Below are positions 8,070 through 17,334 of a stretch of DNA of 37,172 nt, in pieces. Origin of the DNA: Chthonomonas calidirosea (GTDB taxonomy: Bacteria > Armatimonadota > Fimbriimonadia > Fimbriimonadales > Fimbriimonadaceae); the NCBI GenBank assembly GCA_945859975.1, contig CAMAPH010000030.1, positions 1 to 37,172 of the forward strand, in the 5' to 3' direction. The first letter of the stretch is position 1, and every line of letters begins with the position of its first letter. The translations under genes and the position numbers were made by a program. The notes below the pieces were generated by a model. That model saw only the letters and a list, made by a program, of their open reading frames with translations, was not told the origin of the DNA and made no database searches.

Positions 8070-9712
8070 AGCTGTCCGAAAAAGACTGGTTGCGCTACTC
8101 GCTTATCGCCGCTTTGGCCGTGTTTCTTGCGGTGTGCCTGAATCCGAGTTCGACTTGGATCATTCGACGGACAGCGGCGGTTCTGCGAGGGGAGTTTTCA
8201 GTGTTAGAGGAGACCTTTGCGTCGAGCCAACTCTTAATCCGGCGAGAACTATCAGCGAAGTTTGCAAATTTCACCCGTCGAGGAAACGGTGGATTTGAAT
8301 CGCTAGAGCGCACGGCAAACTTAATGAGCAAGACGGATGATCCCGTGGCCGATGGCATCTTTGCCCGGAACGGCGCCGGGGACTTGGCCGCGATGTTCGG
8401 GAAAACAGAGCGCCAGATTCCCGGCCAGTTACGGGAGCGGTTAGTTAAGGAATTTGATTCAGCGGCCGAGAAGGCCCCCGACAACATGCTGTTTCCATTA
8501 CTCGCAATGTTCGCGTTTGAGGGGGCATCCGACACCGACAGAATGAATCAGTATCGAAAGCTTGCCGCAAGCCGAACCAGCTACACCAGCTACGTTCAAC
8601 CCGAAGCCGAGCGAAACTGGCAGACGTACTTAAAACGGCATTCGTACGATGGGGAAGCCGCAAGGATCTTCGCCTATTACGGAATTGCTTTGCCGCATCT
8701 GTCGCTGTTGCGCCAAGTCGAACAGCTCCAATTGAAAGGAGCCCCACGAAGCGATCCGCGTCGGGTCGAGTGGTTAGCTATTGCGCATCGAATTTACGCC
8801 GACGCTGACACGACGATTGAGATTCTCGTTGACGTCACGGCGATGGACATTGCAATTGCCGTAGATCCTTCAACGTCCAATCCGATCGGTCCGCTGGACA
8901 AGCGGCTTCCGTATCTTCGCGAGCAGGCAGCCAAATTCAAAGTTGTTCATCCAGAGGCCGCGTACATGGTTGACGATCTGATGAAGGCTAAGCACGGACT
9001 CAATAGCGGTCGAGTCACCCCGTTCGAGACAAATCCACTTGGACTGCCGTTGACACCAGCAGGAATGGCGGCGGCTGTTCTGCTCATTGTTGTAGCCGTC
9101 GCAGGGTTGATACGAACCTTCGTCGAACGCGCGAAGGGACTAGAACCATCCCTCAACCTTGCCCCTTACGCGATCATTGCGGGGTATCTGCTCATCCGTT
9201 CCGGAATGGAGAATTTCACCGAGGCGCTACTTTGGACTGGCGTGGTTCTCCTAGCCCCGGCAATCTTAGCCGCGACGATTCCGCACCCCAGGGCAGCTGG
9301 CTACGTCGCACTGGGAACAGGTGTTCTCTTTCTACTCGGCGGTCCGGCGCTTGGGCAAATTGGCGACGTCTGGATCATCTCGGGCTTTTTGTTAGCGATG
9401 TCCTTTGTTCCGCTCCTCAAGCACCTGATTCTTCCCGGTGCCGTGGTCACGCTTTCATTCGGGCTTGTCGTTACCTCCCTTGCGCTGCAACCGAACTTCG
9501 GACCGCTAGTTGCGCTTGGGTGGCTCATGGTGGTCTCCTTACCAATGCAGCATCTGAAAACGCGAACCCTGGCCGCGCTCATCGCCGGGGCGGCGATTCT
9601 CTTCATCGCTGGGGTTGTGGTGCAGGTGTCAGAAAACGAAAGGCTTCGAGCAAACACGGACTTGTTCGCCGAGGAAGTAATAGAAATGCGCCGGGCGATA
9701 AATCCTTCATGA
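8066..9712 (+). CDS. Hypothetical polytopic membrane protein
   Basis: 548 aa; N-terminal TM, ~300 aa soluble helical region, then about 7 hydrophobic segments; GTGA overlap with upstream gene. Confidence 0.8.
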   Translation: MKLSEKDWLRYSLIAALAVFLAVCLNPSSTWIIRRTAAVLRGEFSVLEETFASSQLLIRRELSAKFANFTRRGNGGFESLERTANLMSKTDDPVADGIFARNGAGDLAAMFGKTERQIPGQLRERLVKEFDSAAEKAPDNMLFPLLAMFAFEGASDTDRMNQYRKLAASRTSYTSYVQPEAERNWQTYLKRHSYDGEAARIFAYYGIALPHLSLLRQVEQLQLKGAPRSDPRRVEWLAIAHRIYADADTTIEILVDVTAMDIAIAVDPSTSNPIGPLDKRLPYLREQAAKFKVVHPEAAYMVDDLMKAKHGLNSGRVTPFETNPLGLPLTPAGMAAAVLLIVVAVAGLIRTFVERAKGLEPSLNLAPYAIIAGYLLIRSGMENFTEALLWTGVVLLAPAILAATIPHPRAAGYVALGTGVLFLLGGPALGQIGDVWIISGFLLAMSFVPLLKHLILPGAVVTLSFGLVVTSLALQPNFGPLVALGWLMVVSLPMQHLKTRTLAALIAGAAILFIAGVVVQVSENERLRANTDLFAEEVIEMRRAINPS

Positions 9713-9895
9713 GCTGGCGATATTCAAACCAGTCAGCAGATCCATCAACCGGCCATCACCTCGTAAAAACTCGTGGTTTCACAAAACTGACGATTCCTCT
9801 ACCATCATATTTGGCAAGCGTAGAATCAACGGATCGTCCGGTTCATCATCAAATTTGACAAGAATGACTGGGGGCCCAACTACATAGTTCTATGC

Positions 9896-10741
9896 ATGGG
9901 TCGCAAAACCGGCTTCACCCTCATCGAACTCCTCGTTGTTATCGCAATCATCGCCATCCTGGCGGCGATCCTATTCCCCGTGTTTGCGCAAGCCAAAAAC
10001 GCCGCCAAGAAGACGGCGAGTTTGTCGAACGTTAAACAAATAGGGACCGCGACCGTTTTGTACGTTGGAGATTACGATGATGTGATCGTTCCGCTGCGCT
10101 GGCTCAGCTTCAATCCTGCGGAGCCGTTGGCGACCCAGTATCCGACCGCTTGTCAGGGCGGAGCATGCTTTTTCTTCTATCCCGTTCTGTTCCAACCCTA
10201 CACGAAAAACACAGACCTGTTCCTTTGCCCAGCCGACAGAAACGAGGATGCAACGCAAGCCGACAGCCAAGGGCGAGGTCGACTGAATAAGCAATCGTCT
10301 TTGTATTGGTACAACACCGGCTTCTCGCCCAGCTACGGCATGAATGCCGAGTACCTCAACACCGTCAGCGTGTCGGGCTTTGGCACGAAGTCGTACGCAG
10401 GGAAGTCAGCTACCAGCTTCGAGTCGCCTTCTCAAACCGTTGTATTCGCCGAAGCGACTGCCAAGGACACTGGTTCTCCTGGTCGGCCTGGCCCAACGAT
10501 CGACGTCGGCTTCCACCGCATCGTGCCACCAAGCGGAGCTTCGTCCCCGTCTGCGGCTTGGGTCAGCTTCACTTATCCCAATGCCGCAAGCCAAGGTCAG
10601 CTCTGGGGCCGGTTCCAGCGAGATAAGGTGCTGATTAGCTGGCTCGATGGCCATGTGTCGTACCCAGCCATTCGAAGCTTAGTGGGCACAAACGAGAGCA
10701 CAGAATCCCTCGACCGAGCTTTCAACGGTCGAGGGTTCTAA
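9896..10741 (+). CDS. Prepilin-type N-terminal cleavage/methylation protein (DUF1559/H-X9-DG-like)
   Basis: G^[24 protein letters not shown] class III signal; SNVKQIG..YVGDYDD; C-terminal WLDGHV. Confidence 0.93.
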   Translation: MGRKTGFTLIELLVVIAIIAILAAILFPVFAQAKNAAKKTASLSNVKQIGTATVLYVGDYDDVIVPLRWLSFNPAEPLATQYPTACQGGACFFFYPVLFQPYTKNTDLFLCPADRNEDATQADSQGRGRLNKQSSLYWYNTGFSPSYGMNAEYLNTVSVSGFGTKSYAGKSATSFESPSQTVVFAEATAKDTGSPGRPGPTIDVGFHRIVPPSGASSPSAAWVSFTYPNAASQGQLWGRFQRDKVLISWLDGHVSYPAIRSLVGTNESTESLDRAFNGRGF

Positions 10742-10743
10742 AC

Positions 10744-12099
10744 TCAGCGGCGAACGCGCTGCAGCAAACTTTGGAGCCGGCTTCGGCGAGAGTTTGCTGC
10801 GGCGCTAGGGCTATCGAAGGTGTAGGCGGTCACCATCAAAAACATCTCATCGTTCGTTTCCTCACCCCAGGTCACTCGCTTTGGCGGGTTGTTTGGGTTG
10901 TGAGGATTGTCGGAAGAGTTGTCATAGGTCGCTTCGACAATTTGCTTCGTGCCTTTGGGCAGCTTTAAGGGTTCCTTGAGGGAATAGTTGAGCTGCCAGT
11001 TGAAGTCCCAGTCGTCGACGTGAACGAGCGGTTTCACCGTGCCGTCTGGCAGTTCGAACCATGATTTCATGTCCCGTCCGAGGAGGTGCATGTGCGGCAT
11101 GGTTTGGTGAATCGTCACGTCTTCTCGATAGACGTACTCTTTGCGCATCTTGTAAGCTTTTTCGCCTGCCGGAATGTTCACGGCGAAGTTGAACAACCAG
11201 TTCAACTTCATTTCTCGCTCGGGAGCTTCTTTCGCAAAGTACAGAGCGACGCGGGTCTTGTCGGTTTCGGGTTTGCCAGATTTGTGATAGTGGACCTGCA
11301 TCACCAGCCGGGTACCGGGATTGATCCGATAGGCCGTGCCCTCGTTGAGATAGGTTGCCCGAATGCCGGGCGCCCATCCGCCGAGCGATCCGCTTGGGAT
11401 GAAGCCAACTCCGCCTCCTTGGCCGATGTAACCCGGCTGCCCGTCCGTTGTCCCGGCCACAAGCTTGTCTGATGCTCCACGCTCGTCGAGGAACATGATG
11501 ACGTGGTGGACAACTTTGCTGTTACCTGGCTTTACGTCAATGGCACGTACAAATCGAGGTTCGGCAAAGTTGGTTGGAATGACGAAGTTTCGGTAAACAT
11601 CTTCGCCTTCTGGAGCAAGGTTGTAGGCTCGCTCGGGCTCGATGATCGTGTCCGGCTTGCCGAGCGTCCATTCACCGCCGCTAAACGTTGGCGGTTTTGG
11701 TTCCTTTTCTTTCGCACCCCGAGGTGCACCTTGATCTGCCCAAACTTTCAGCGTCGCGATCTCGGTTTCGGAAAGGCGGTTCTCGTGCTTAAACGAACCG
11801 TAGCCTTCCTTCGCTTTCCACGGCGGCATCCGGCGTGAGCCGGTCGTCGCGGCAATCATTTGAGACCACTTCTTGGCATCTTCAAACTTAACCAACGAAA
11901 ACGGACCAACTTCACCGGGGCGATGGCATTCGACGCAGCGATCGTTAATGATCTTGGCAACGTCGGTCGCATAGGTCGGCTTCGCCGGAACCTTTATCGC
12001 TGGCTTCGAGCTCTTTGGCGAGTCGGCTTTTGCGCCAGAAGAAACCACCCCGATGGTAGTCACCGTGGTTACAGCAAAGATGGCAAAGGTCCAGTTCAT
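10744..12099 (-). CDS. Secreted c-type heme + copper type II ascorbate-dependent monooxygenase-like protein
   Basis: Signal peptide; CVECH heme motif; VVHHVI, QVHYH, PHMH and DEM motifs resembling PHM/DBH copper ligands. Confidence 0.85.
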   Translation of the reverse strand: MNWTFAIFAVTTVTTIGVVSSGAKADSPKSSKPAIKVPAKPTYATDVAKIINDRCVECHRPGEVGPFSLVKFEDAKKWSQMIAATTGSRRMPPWKAKEGYGSFKHENRLSETEIATLKVWADQGAPRGAKEKEPKPPTFSGGEWTLGKPDTIIEPERAYNLAPEGEDVYRNFVIPTNFAEPRFVRAIDVKPGNSKVVHHVIMFLDERGASDKLVAGTTDGQPGYIGQGGGVGFIPSGSLGGWAPGIRATYLNEGTAYRINPGTRLVMQVHYHKSGKPETDKTRVALYFAKEAPEREMKLNWLFNFAVNIPAGEKAYKMRKEYVYREDVTIHQTMPHMHLLGRDMKSWFELPDGTVKPLVHVDDWDFNWQLNYSLKEPLKLPKGTKQIVEATYDNSSDNPHNPNNPPKRVTWGEETNDEMFLMVTAYTFDSPSAAANSRRSRLQSLLQRVRR

Positions 12100-12176
12100 C
12101 GGTAAATTGATGATACGATATTGCGCCGTACGAGTTCACCGGCTTAGGGACTTTCTGAGCAAACTTCTTTGCCAAG

Positions 12177-12182
12177 TAGAAT
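12177..12182 (+). promoter_or_regulatory. -10 box of probable leaderless promoter for the SDR gene
   Basis: TAGAAT 6 nt upstream of GTG 12189; no SD. Confidence 0.55.
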
Positions 12183-12188
12183 GTTCGA

Positions 12189-12929
12189 GTGGCAGTCAAG
12201 CGGGTTTTGGTCACCGGCGCATCTCGTGGCATCGGTCGGGCGATTGCACTGAAGCTAGCATCGGACGGATGGCAGGTCGCCATACATTACAACTCCGCCC
12301 GGGCAGAAGCAGAATCTCTTGCTCTCGAACTCGGAAATAGCGCGAGCGGAATCTATTCCGCAAACCTCTCCGAGCCCGATCAAGCCGCGCAGCTGTGGGG
12401 CGCAGCCAAAGCAGATGGCCAAGTCGATGCCCTCGTGAACAATGCGGGCATCTACATTCCCGTGCCGTTCACCGCGACTGAAACCGAATTCGAAGCAGCG
12501 CGGAAGGCGATGTTCGCCGTCAACTTTGAATCTCCGCTAAAACTCATTCGTTCTGCGGTCCTCGACTTCGCAACCCAAGGTGGCGGAAACGTCGTGAATG
12601 TCGCCAGCCGCGTTGGATTCCGCGGGGAAGCGAGTGCATCCATGTATGCCGCTAGCAAAGCCGCACTGATCAACTTGACTCGGAGCCTGGCGGTTGAACT
12701 CGCCAAGCAGAACATCACGATCAGCGGAATTGCACCGGGATGGGTGGACACTTCGATGGCCCGGGATGGAATGCAGGACCGGTTGCCGAGCATTCTCGAA
12801 ACGATTCCCCTTGGCCGCATGGCGAGTCCAGAGGACTGCGCCGAAGTTACAGCGTTCCTTTTGAGGCCGGAAGCGAAATACCTGAGCGGGGTCGTCGTCG
12901 ATATCAACGGAGCGAGCTACTTCCATTGA
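12189..12929 (+). CDS. Short-chain dehydrogenase/reductase (FabG-like)
   Basis: TGASRGIG, NNAG, YAASK, IAPGWVDT. Confidence 0.95.
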   Translation: MAVKRVLVTGASRGIGRAIALKLASDGWQVAIHYNSARAEAESLALELGNSASGIYSANLSEPDQAAQLWGAAKADGQVDALVNNAGIYIPVPFTATETEFEAARKAMFAVNFESPLKLIRSAVLDFATQGGGNVVNVASRVGFRGEASASMYAASKAALINLTRSLAVELAKQNITISGIAPGWVDTSMARDGMQDRLPSILETIPLGRMASPEDCAEVTAFLLRPEAKYLSGVVVDINGASYFH

Positions 12930-14044
12930 TTCTTGCTGCATCTTTCCTCTTCGCTCTTCAGGCTGAGCCACCCCGACTACGAACCCAGTTGCCAAATCGT
13001 GCAACGATCCTCGTGGAGAGGTTGCCGGCGGCAGATTACGTCTCCGTCCAGATTTGGATCAACTCCGCCTCGTTTCCTGACCGCTTTGCCACCCACGGAT
13101 ATCGACACCTCTTGGAGCACTTCCAAGCCAAGGGGTTCGATAACCGCCTCGATTACCGCCTTGAATCGAAAGGCATGTTGCTCGATGCCGAGACCACGCG
13201 CGATGCCATAAAGTTCGGCGTCCGCTGCCAACCGTCGCAAGTCAAGCAAGCTATCCGAGCGATCGGCGATGTCCTGCGCCCACGCCTCGTGACCAAAGCC
13301 AATATCGAGATCGAGGCAAACATCATTCGCGAAGAGATTGCCCTCCGGGCAGGAGCTTCGCAACTCTCCGCGGACGCCTGGCTCAAGGCATTCGGTGAAA
13401 GTGGCTTGGATCCATACGGCAATCCAGACGTGCTGGCAAAGGCGGAGCCAATTGAGCTTCAAAACACATGGGTAGAAATGACGTCGCCCGAAAACCTAGC
13501 TCTGGTTATTGCTGGCAATGTCGAAATTGACCCGACGACGGAGCTTGCTAAAGAACTCCTCGGAACTCGAAAGGCCGTGAGCTCCATTACGGTTAAGGCA
13601 GACCGAACCGGAATCAACGATACCGTCGCCCGAAAGGGAAGCGCGATCGCTGCAAAAGTGGCATCGTTCCGCGAACCCGGCACCGCCGCTCGCATTGCCG
13701 CCGGTCTCGCGATTGCGAACTTAGTGCCCGCTAGCTACTTTCAGTACGGCCCTTCAAACGTTCCGGGCCTGGTCTTGGTCGGTTCAGACGAAAAGTCCAT
13801 AAATTGGGTGGACATCGTGGTGAAGGAAAATCCCGATGATCACTTTTCGGTGGCAAAGAAGCTGGTCGATCGATGGGTCGAAATCCAAACGACAGATCCA
13901 GCACGGGTGGCCGCTCTCCGCGGACGTCTCCTGGCTCAGTCACCCTCCCTCCGGCCAGAAACCTTGCTAGAGAACCTGCGAACCGTAACCGTGCCCCAGT
14001 TCCGTGAAGCCTGGAAGTCCTTCAACATCGAGGTGCGCCCTTGA
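12926..14044 (+). CDS. M16 (insulinase-like) metallopeptidase, catalytic subunit
   Basis: HLLEH inverted zinc motif and downstream EANIIREE; in-frame TTG at 12926 overlapping the SDR stop gives a signal-like N-terminus LILAASFLFALQA. Confidence 0.8.
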   Translation: MILAASFLFALQAEPPRLRTQLPNRATILVERLPAADYVSVQIWINSASFPDRFATHGYRHLLEHFQAKGFDNRLDYRLESKGMLLDAETTRDAIKFGVRCQPSQVKQAIRAIGDVLRPRLVTKANIEIEANIIREEIALRAGASQLSADAWLKAFGESGLDPYGNPDVLAKAEPIELQNTWVEMTSPENLALVIAGNVEIDPTTELAKELLGTRKAVSSITVKADRTGINDTVARKGSAIAAKVASFREPGTAARIAAGLAIANLVPASYFQYGPSNVPGLVLVGSDEKSINWVDIVVKENPDDHFSVAKKLVDRWVEIQTTDPARVAALRGRLLAQSPSLRPETLLENLRTVTVPQFREAWKSFNIEVRP

Positions 14045-15222
14045 TCTTGCCGCTCGTTCTTGCGCTAGCCGTTCAAGCCGTTCAAGCCGATCAAGCGACC
14101 GTCATCGAAGTTCGGTCCATGACTCCACGGCGCGTCGCCGTAGAGTGCGTCGTCAAGCTTCCGGAACTGAATCTGCGCGAAGAAAAAGCACTGGCAGCAG
14201 CGATCGCTGCCATGGAGATGGGAACGCGGCGCCACTCGGCAGATACGATGCAGGACTTGCTGGATGGGCAACGTCCAGAGATCACCCAATTTTCAGATCA
14301 CGTTCGCATCAGCTTGCTCGCACCCAGAGACGGGGCATCTTCTGCGCTCTCGATCCTTTTTGGATTAACTAATCAAACCGGCTTCGAGCTCAAATCGATT
14401 GCTGCGCTCGAGGCTCGGACGAAAGAGCGGATCGGGCAGGGCTACTGGTCTCGACTTTATCAATCCAAGATTGACGGACGGGTGCTGACGATGGGGGAAG
14501 TCGAGGGCACGTACAGCAAAGTCTTTCGGCGGAGCCAAATGGTGATCACCGTATCAGGCGCGCCGTCCACGGTCGAACCGACGCAATTGTGGCAATCCCT
14601 TGAAAGAAACTGGCAAAAGCGTTCAGTCCTGTTCCGAGAAGCACCCTCGGTTGCCGCTGAGGTGGACACTTACGGTTCCTCCGCCGTCGGTCTGAAAGGT
14701 GCGGAATTCGCGTGGGGAAGTCAGGGCCCCGCAAAACTCTTGGCGACGATTGCCCTCGGATCAGGCAAAGGCTCAGCCCTGTTCCACTCCTGGCGCCAGA
14801 AGAAGGGCTGGACCTATGTCCAAGAGTGCGCATGGCTTCCGACGAGAGCTGGATTCCAACCGGTGTTCGTCGGGATCACCGCAAATCCGGCAAACACTAC
14901 TGAACTCGAGCCCTGGCGCAGCGCTCTGTTGGAAGAAATCGAGGGTTGGAGCGAAGAAGATCGAGCCCGTGCCCTTGGCTTCGCAAACGGGATTTGGAAG
15001 AACGGAATCGGCTTTAGTTCGTTTCTCGGCTCCGCCGACCGCACGCTAACCACCTCCCCGAGCGATCAGGCCTATCTATTGGCCTATTGGTTTGCCAAAA
15101 CCGGAAGCGTTTTTGAGACGGATCGTTTCTTGAGCCTGCTCGAGAGCACCGATCTTGAAGCCCTCAGAGCTACGGCTAAGGAACTAGTTTCCGGTGCCGA
15201 GCTCGTCCGAATCGGAACCTGA
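14041..15222 (+). CDS. M16 peptidase non-catalytic partner subunit
   Basis: Signal peptide; no HxxEH; LGSGKGSALF...RQKKGWTY resembles the M16B R/Y motif; translationally coupled to the HxxEH gene. Confidence 0.7.
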   Translation: MILPLVLALAVQAVQADQATVIEVRSMTPRRVAVECVVKLPELNLREEKALAAAIAAMEMGTRRHSADTMQDLLDGQRPEITQFSDHVRISLLAPRDGASSALSILFGLTNQTGFELKSIAALEARTKERIGQGYWSRLYQSKIDGRVLTMGEVEGTYSKVFRRSQMVITVSGAPSTVEPTQLWQSLERNWQKRSVLFREAPSVAAEVDTYGSSAVGLKGAEFAWGSQGPAKLLATIALGSGKGSALFHSWRQKKGWTYVQECAWLPTRAGFQPVFVGITANPANTTELEPWRSALLEEIEGWSEEDRARALGFANGIWKNGIGFSSFLGSADRTLTTSPSDQAYLLAYWFAKTGSVFETDRFLSLLESTDLEALRATAKELVSGAELVRIGT

Positions 15223-15993
15223 CACCGGAATCGAATCGACATAATCGGGATTGTGAGAGCACAGCGGCCGAAAGTCGCAGCCCTCACAAAGCGGTTTCCA
15301 CTTCGGAACCACATCGTCCCAATCGGAGGCAAGGATTTGTCCGCCGATGCTGAGAATGTCGCTTTCCAGTTGGGCCAACTCAGATTCGGAAAGCGAGACT
15401 TCCGCCCGATCATTGGACTTCAATGCGACAATCTGGGCCGAAATCTGGTTCTCGGGAAATTTCCGCTTAAGGATCAGCTGATAGATCCCCATCGCCGGAT
15501 CGTTTCGAATCTCTTCCTCGGAAACCGTTTCGCGTCCGGACTTGTAGTCCACAACCCGCCACTTGCCCTCTCCGATCTCGTCAATCCGGTCAATGCGGCC
15601 CAGAAGTACAAATGGACCGAGGTCAACTTGGTAAGACTTTTCGACAAACAACGTTCGGCCTTCTTTCGGTCGTGCTTGTTCTGCGGCAATGTGCCGAACG
15701 AGAATTTCTTTCCCTTCGCCGAAAGCGTCCATCATGTCCTCCGCGCTTTCGTAGCCGGCATCGATCCAGCTTTCTTCTAACGCCGCTACCGCTTCCTCGG
15801 TCGTGGCGACGCCGGTATCGGCCGAATCATGAAATCGCTCAAGCACGCGGTGCAGGGAAGTTCCGAAGCTGTAGTAGCTCTTCGCTCGCAGATAAAGCTT
15901 CCCGCGTGGGTCAATGTAGGTGTACCGATACTTCACCGGGCATGCCAAGTACGTGGTGATCTTGGTTGGACTGAGACTTTTCTTCCTTGGCAT
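15184..15993 (-). CDS. PD-(D/E)XK nuclease, RecB/AddB/Cas4-like with probable Fe-S cluster
   Basis: LSPTKI..YLACP, GTSLH, E..., GRIDRID, VVDYKSG, YQL, C-terminal CxxC-x5-C. Confidence 0.9.
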   Translation of the reverse strand: MPRKKSLSPTKITTYLACPVKYRYTYIDPRGKLYLRAKSYYSFGTSLHRVLERFHDSADTGVATTEEAVAALEESWIDAGYESAEDMMDAFGEGKEILVRHIAAEQARPKEGRTLFVEKSYQVDLGPFVLLGRIDRIDEIGEGKWRVVDYKSGRETVSEEEIRNDPAMGIYQLILKRKFPENQISAQIVALKSNDRAEVSLSESELAQLESDILSIGGQILASDWDDVVPKWKPLCEGCDFRPLCSHNPDYVDSIPVSGSDSDELGTGN

Positions 15994-16050
15994 CGCTCTG
16001 TTTTACTCGCTTACGTTCGAATGTGCCTCCCTTCAGATTAGTTGTCTCGG

Positions 16051-16056
16051 TAAACT
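16051..16056 (+). promoter_or_regulatory. -10 box of probable leaderless promoter for the E2 gene
   Basis: TAAACT 6 nt upstream of ATG 16063. Confidence 0.55.
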
Positions 16057-16062
16057 CAAGGC

Positions 16063-17334
16063 ATGTCCGTTGAGATCCTGATGCCCGAATTGGGTGAGTC
16101 CGTTCACGAAGGCACGGTGAGCCGGTGGCTCAAGAAAGTCGGTGATACCGTAAAAGAAGACGAGCCGATCGTGGAGATCATGACGGATAAAGTCAACACC
16201 GAACTTCCGTCGCCTGCATCAGGCGTTTTAACGCAGATTCTCATTCAAGAAGGCGAACTGGTTCAGGTCTTCGCCGCCATGGGCGTGATCGAGCCTGCTG
16301 GCACCGCCGTACCGGCCGCAGCCGCACCAAAGCCAGCCGATGCCCCGGTGGCCGAAGAGAAGCCGATCGAAGTTGCTGCTCCGGCAGTTGCCGCCCCAGA
16401 ATTGAACTCCGACGAGCGACGGTTCTTCACTCCGGTAGTGAAGTCGATGGCCAAGGAAAGCGGCGTTTCAGATGCCGAACTCGCAAGCATTACCGGTACC
16501 GGCGAGGGCGGCCGAGTTACGAAGGCCGACCTTGAGAAGTACCTCGCTGAAGGCCGAAAGCCAGTTGCTGCTAGCAAGCCAGCTGCAAAGGCTCCGGAGC
16601 CTAAGGCCGTGGTCGCACCAACGGTTGCAGGACCTGAGCAAGAGCTCGTTCCGCTTGCCGGAATGCGAAAGATGATCGCCGAGGCAATGGTTCGATCCTC
16701 GCAGGTTCCGACGGTTTCCACCGTAACGGCTTGCGATGTGACGAACATGGTCAAGTTCCGAGACATCAACAAGGAGTCCTTCCTTGAGACCTACGGCGTC
16801 AAGCTCACCTACACGCCATTCTTCATCAAGGCCCTCGCCGAGGCGCTCATGGAGTTCCCGCTTGCCAACGCGCAGCTCACCCCAGACAACCAGATTCTGA
16901 AGACAAACGGCGTCCACATCGGAATCGCCGTTGCCCTCGGCAAGAACGGAGACGAAGGGCTGATCGTTCCGGTCATTCGAGACTGCCACAAGAAGAACCT
17001 GATTGAGATCGCAAAGGACCTGGATGGGATCGCTAAGAAAGCCCGAGCCAACAAGCTCGGTCTGGCGGACGTTCAGGGCGGAACCTTTACGCTCACGAAT
17101 CCCGGAACCTATGGCGCAATGTTCGGAACGCCCATGATCAACGCTCCGCAGGCCGGCATTCTTGGCACGTATTCGATCGCCAAGCAGCCAGTGATCATGG
17201 ACGACATGATTGCGATCCGGTCGATCATGCACCTGGTGCTCACCTACGATCACCGGTTGATCGATGGCATGCTCGCGGGCAAGTTCTTGGCCGGAGTTCG
17301 AGATCGGCTTCAGAACTTTGACTTCTTCAAGTAA
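16063..17334 (+). CDS. 2-oxoacid dehydrogenase E2, dihydrolipoamide acyltransferase
   Basis: Lipoyl domain TDKV, subunit-binding GTGEGGRVTKAD, catalytic DHRLIDG; substrate class not resolvable from sequence alone. Confidence 0.95.
   Translation: MSVEILMPELGESVHEGTVSRWLKKVGDTVKEDEPIVEIMTDKVNTELPSPASGVLTQILIQEGELVQVFAAMGVIEPAGTAVPAAAAPKPADAPVAEEKPIEVAAPAVAAPELNSDERRFFTPVVKSMAKESGVSDAELASITGTGEGGRVTKADLEKYLAEGRKPVAASKPAAKAPEPKAVVAPTVAGPEQELVPLAGMRKMIAEAMVRSSQVPTVSTVTACDVTNMVKFRDINKESFLETYGVKLTYTPFFIKALAEALMEFPLANAQLTPDNQILKTNGVHIGIAVALGKNGDEGLIVPVIRDCHKKNLIEIAKDLDGIAKKARANKLGLADVQGGTFTLTNPGTYGAMFGTPMINAPQAGILGTYSIAKQPVIMDDMIAIRSIMHLVLTYDHRLIDGMLAGKFLAGVRDRLQNFDFFK

Noticed and set aside
9855..9888. 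Perfect TTGACA upstream of the prepilin gene
   Set aside because: No TANNNT hexamer at 16-18 nt spacing, so a promoter cannot be called confidently.
12740..12925. 5' extension of the M16 ORF in the ORF track
   Set aside because: Overlaps the SDR C-terminus; TTG 12926 gives a coupled start and a signal peptide.
15184..15993. CRISPR-Cas locus suggested by the Cas4-like gene
   Set aside because: No repeat-spacer array, cas1/cas2 or effector genes seen in the window.
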